Assembly: GCA_965203965.1 (NCBI GenBank)
Contig: CBDBDR010000017.1
Location: 1,248,001-1,312,000, forward strand
Direction of reading: 5' to 3'
DNA: 64,000 bases
DNA from: Thermodesulfobacteriota bacterium
Lineage (GTDB): Bacteria; Desulfobacterota_D; UBA1144; Nemesobacterales; JAJCZQ01
The first letter of the stretch is position 1; the number at the start of each line of letters is the position of its first letter. The notes below the pieces were generated by a model, which searched no databases, was not told the DNA's origin, and was given only the letters and a program-made list of their open reading frames with translations. The position numbers were made by a program, and so were the translations under genes. Positions 63,578-64,000 of this stretch are shown one piece after another.

Positions 63578-63865
63578 TTACGATTTGGTTAATTTATATT
63601 TCGGCAGTGGAGAATCATTTTGAGGTTACAAAACACAAATTGGCACTCTATCATACAGGTATTCAAAGTCAAATGATCACAACATTAGGTAAATTACTGA
63701 AAAGTTTGATATTTTTGGGACATTTTTGAGACTTATATACTTTGTTGCTCAAAAATATTTCATAATTTACCAATCCCTCAGGTTTTTTTATGGAAAAATT
63801 TGCGGATGTGAATTATACTTAAAGGAATTTACGCAAAATCCAGACCCCGATTTTCATCTAAGATC

Positions 63866-64000
63866 ATGAGATACGGAGTTTTTCATTACATAAAACAATT
63901 TCTTCGCTATCCGACAAGGACTGGGTCGATCGCACCTTCCTGTACGGAGCTAAGCGATCTGATCACTGACCAGGCTCAACTTGACGAGGTCGGTACCGTA
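63866..64000 (+). CDS. Probable phospholipid N-methyltransferase (PmtA-like), truncated by window edge
   Basis: Own translation: MRYGVFHYIKQFLRYPTRTGSIAPSCTELSDLITDQAQLDEVGTV; F-x-R-x-P...G-x-IAPS is typical of this family's N-terminus. Confidence 0.6.
   Translation, partial: MRYGVFHYIKQFLRYPTRTGSIAPSCTELSDLITDQAQLDEVGTV

Noticed and set aside
1..64000. Many short ORF-track entries overlapping real genes
   Set aside because: Antisense or alternate-frame shadows of well-supported CDSs with no recognisable motifs.
1..64000. CRISPR array, IS/transposase, integrase or prophage
   Set aside because: No regularly spaced repeat-spacer units and no such protein motifs seen, including next to tRNA-Leu.
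1..64000. Selenocysteine or stop-codon recoding, inteins, introns
   Set aside because: Recognised genes are full-length with normal stops and no unexplained large insertions.

Overview
AT-rich (roughly 37-40% GC by eye) bacterial chromosome segment from an aerobic diderm organism. Gene content and order resemble a Deltaproteobacteria-like lineage such as Ca. Dadabacteria; this is inference, not a database result. Most of it is core genome: PiT/CysP-like permease with cysH, Sco and PCuAC; a VKOR-Trx fusion; dapL; tRNA-Leu(CAG); a complete phosphate locus (pstSCAB-phoU, phoBR, OprO/P-type porin); mreBCD-mrdA-rodA; a caa3-type A2 cytochrome c oxidase cluster; uvrA; glyA-nrdR-tatD-pdxA; cobB; a partial complex I operon (nuoABCD-I); GH65 with beta-PGM; and ffh-rpsP-khpA-rimM-trmD-rplS. 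I saw no CRISPR array, IS element, integrase or prophage. The most unusual signals are: (1) a divergent single-chain carboxyltransferase in alpha-then-beta (AccA-AccD) order; (2) a TrxB-like flavoprotein with permuted motif order fused to a membrane domain, plus a zinc-ribbon partner (it runs off the left edge and is missing from the ORF track); (3) 11-bp-phased TTAAY Pho boxes at pstS and the porin, and probably at a lipid-type glycosyltransferase; (4) a TrmD-SPOUT (Tm1570-like) fusion; (5) a 636-bp repeat- and hairpin-bearing spacer splitting mreC from mreD; (6) short gene relics (arsC-like inside the pst operon, EcoRV-like after pdxA); (7) a compact structured element 3' of tRNA-Leu.
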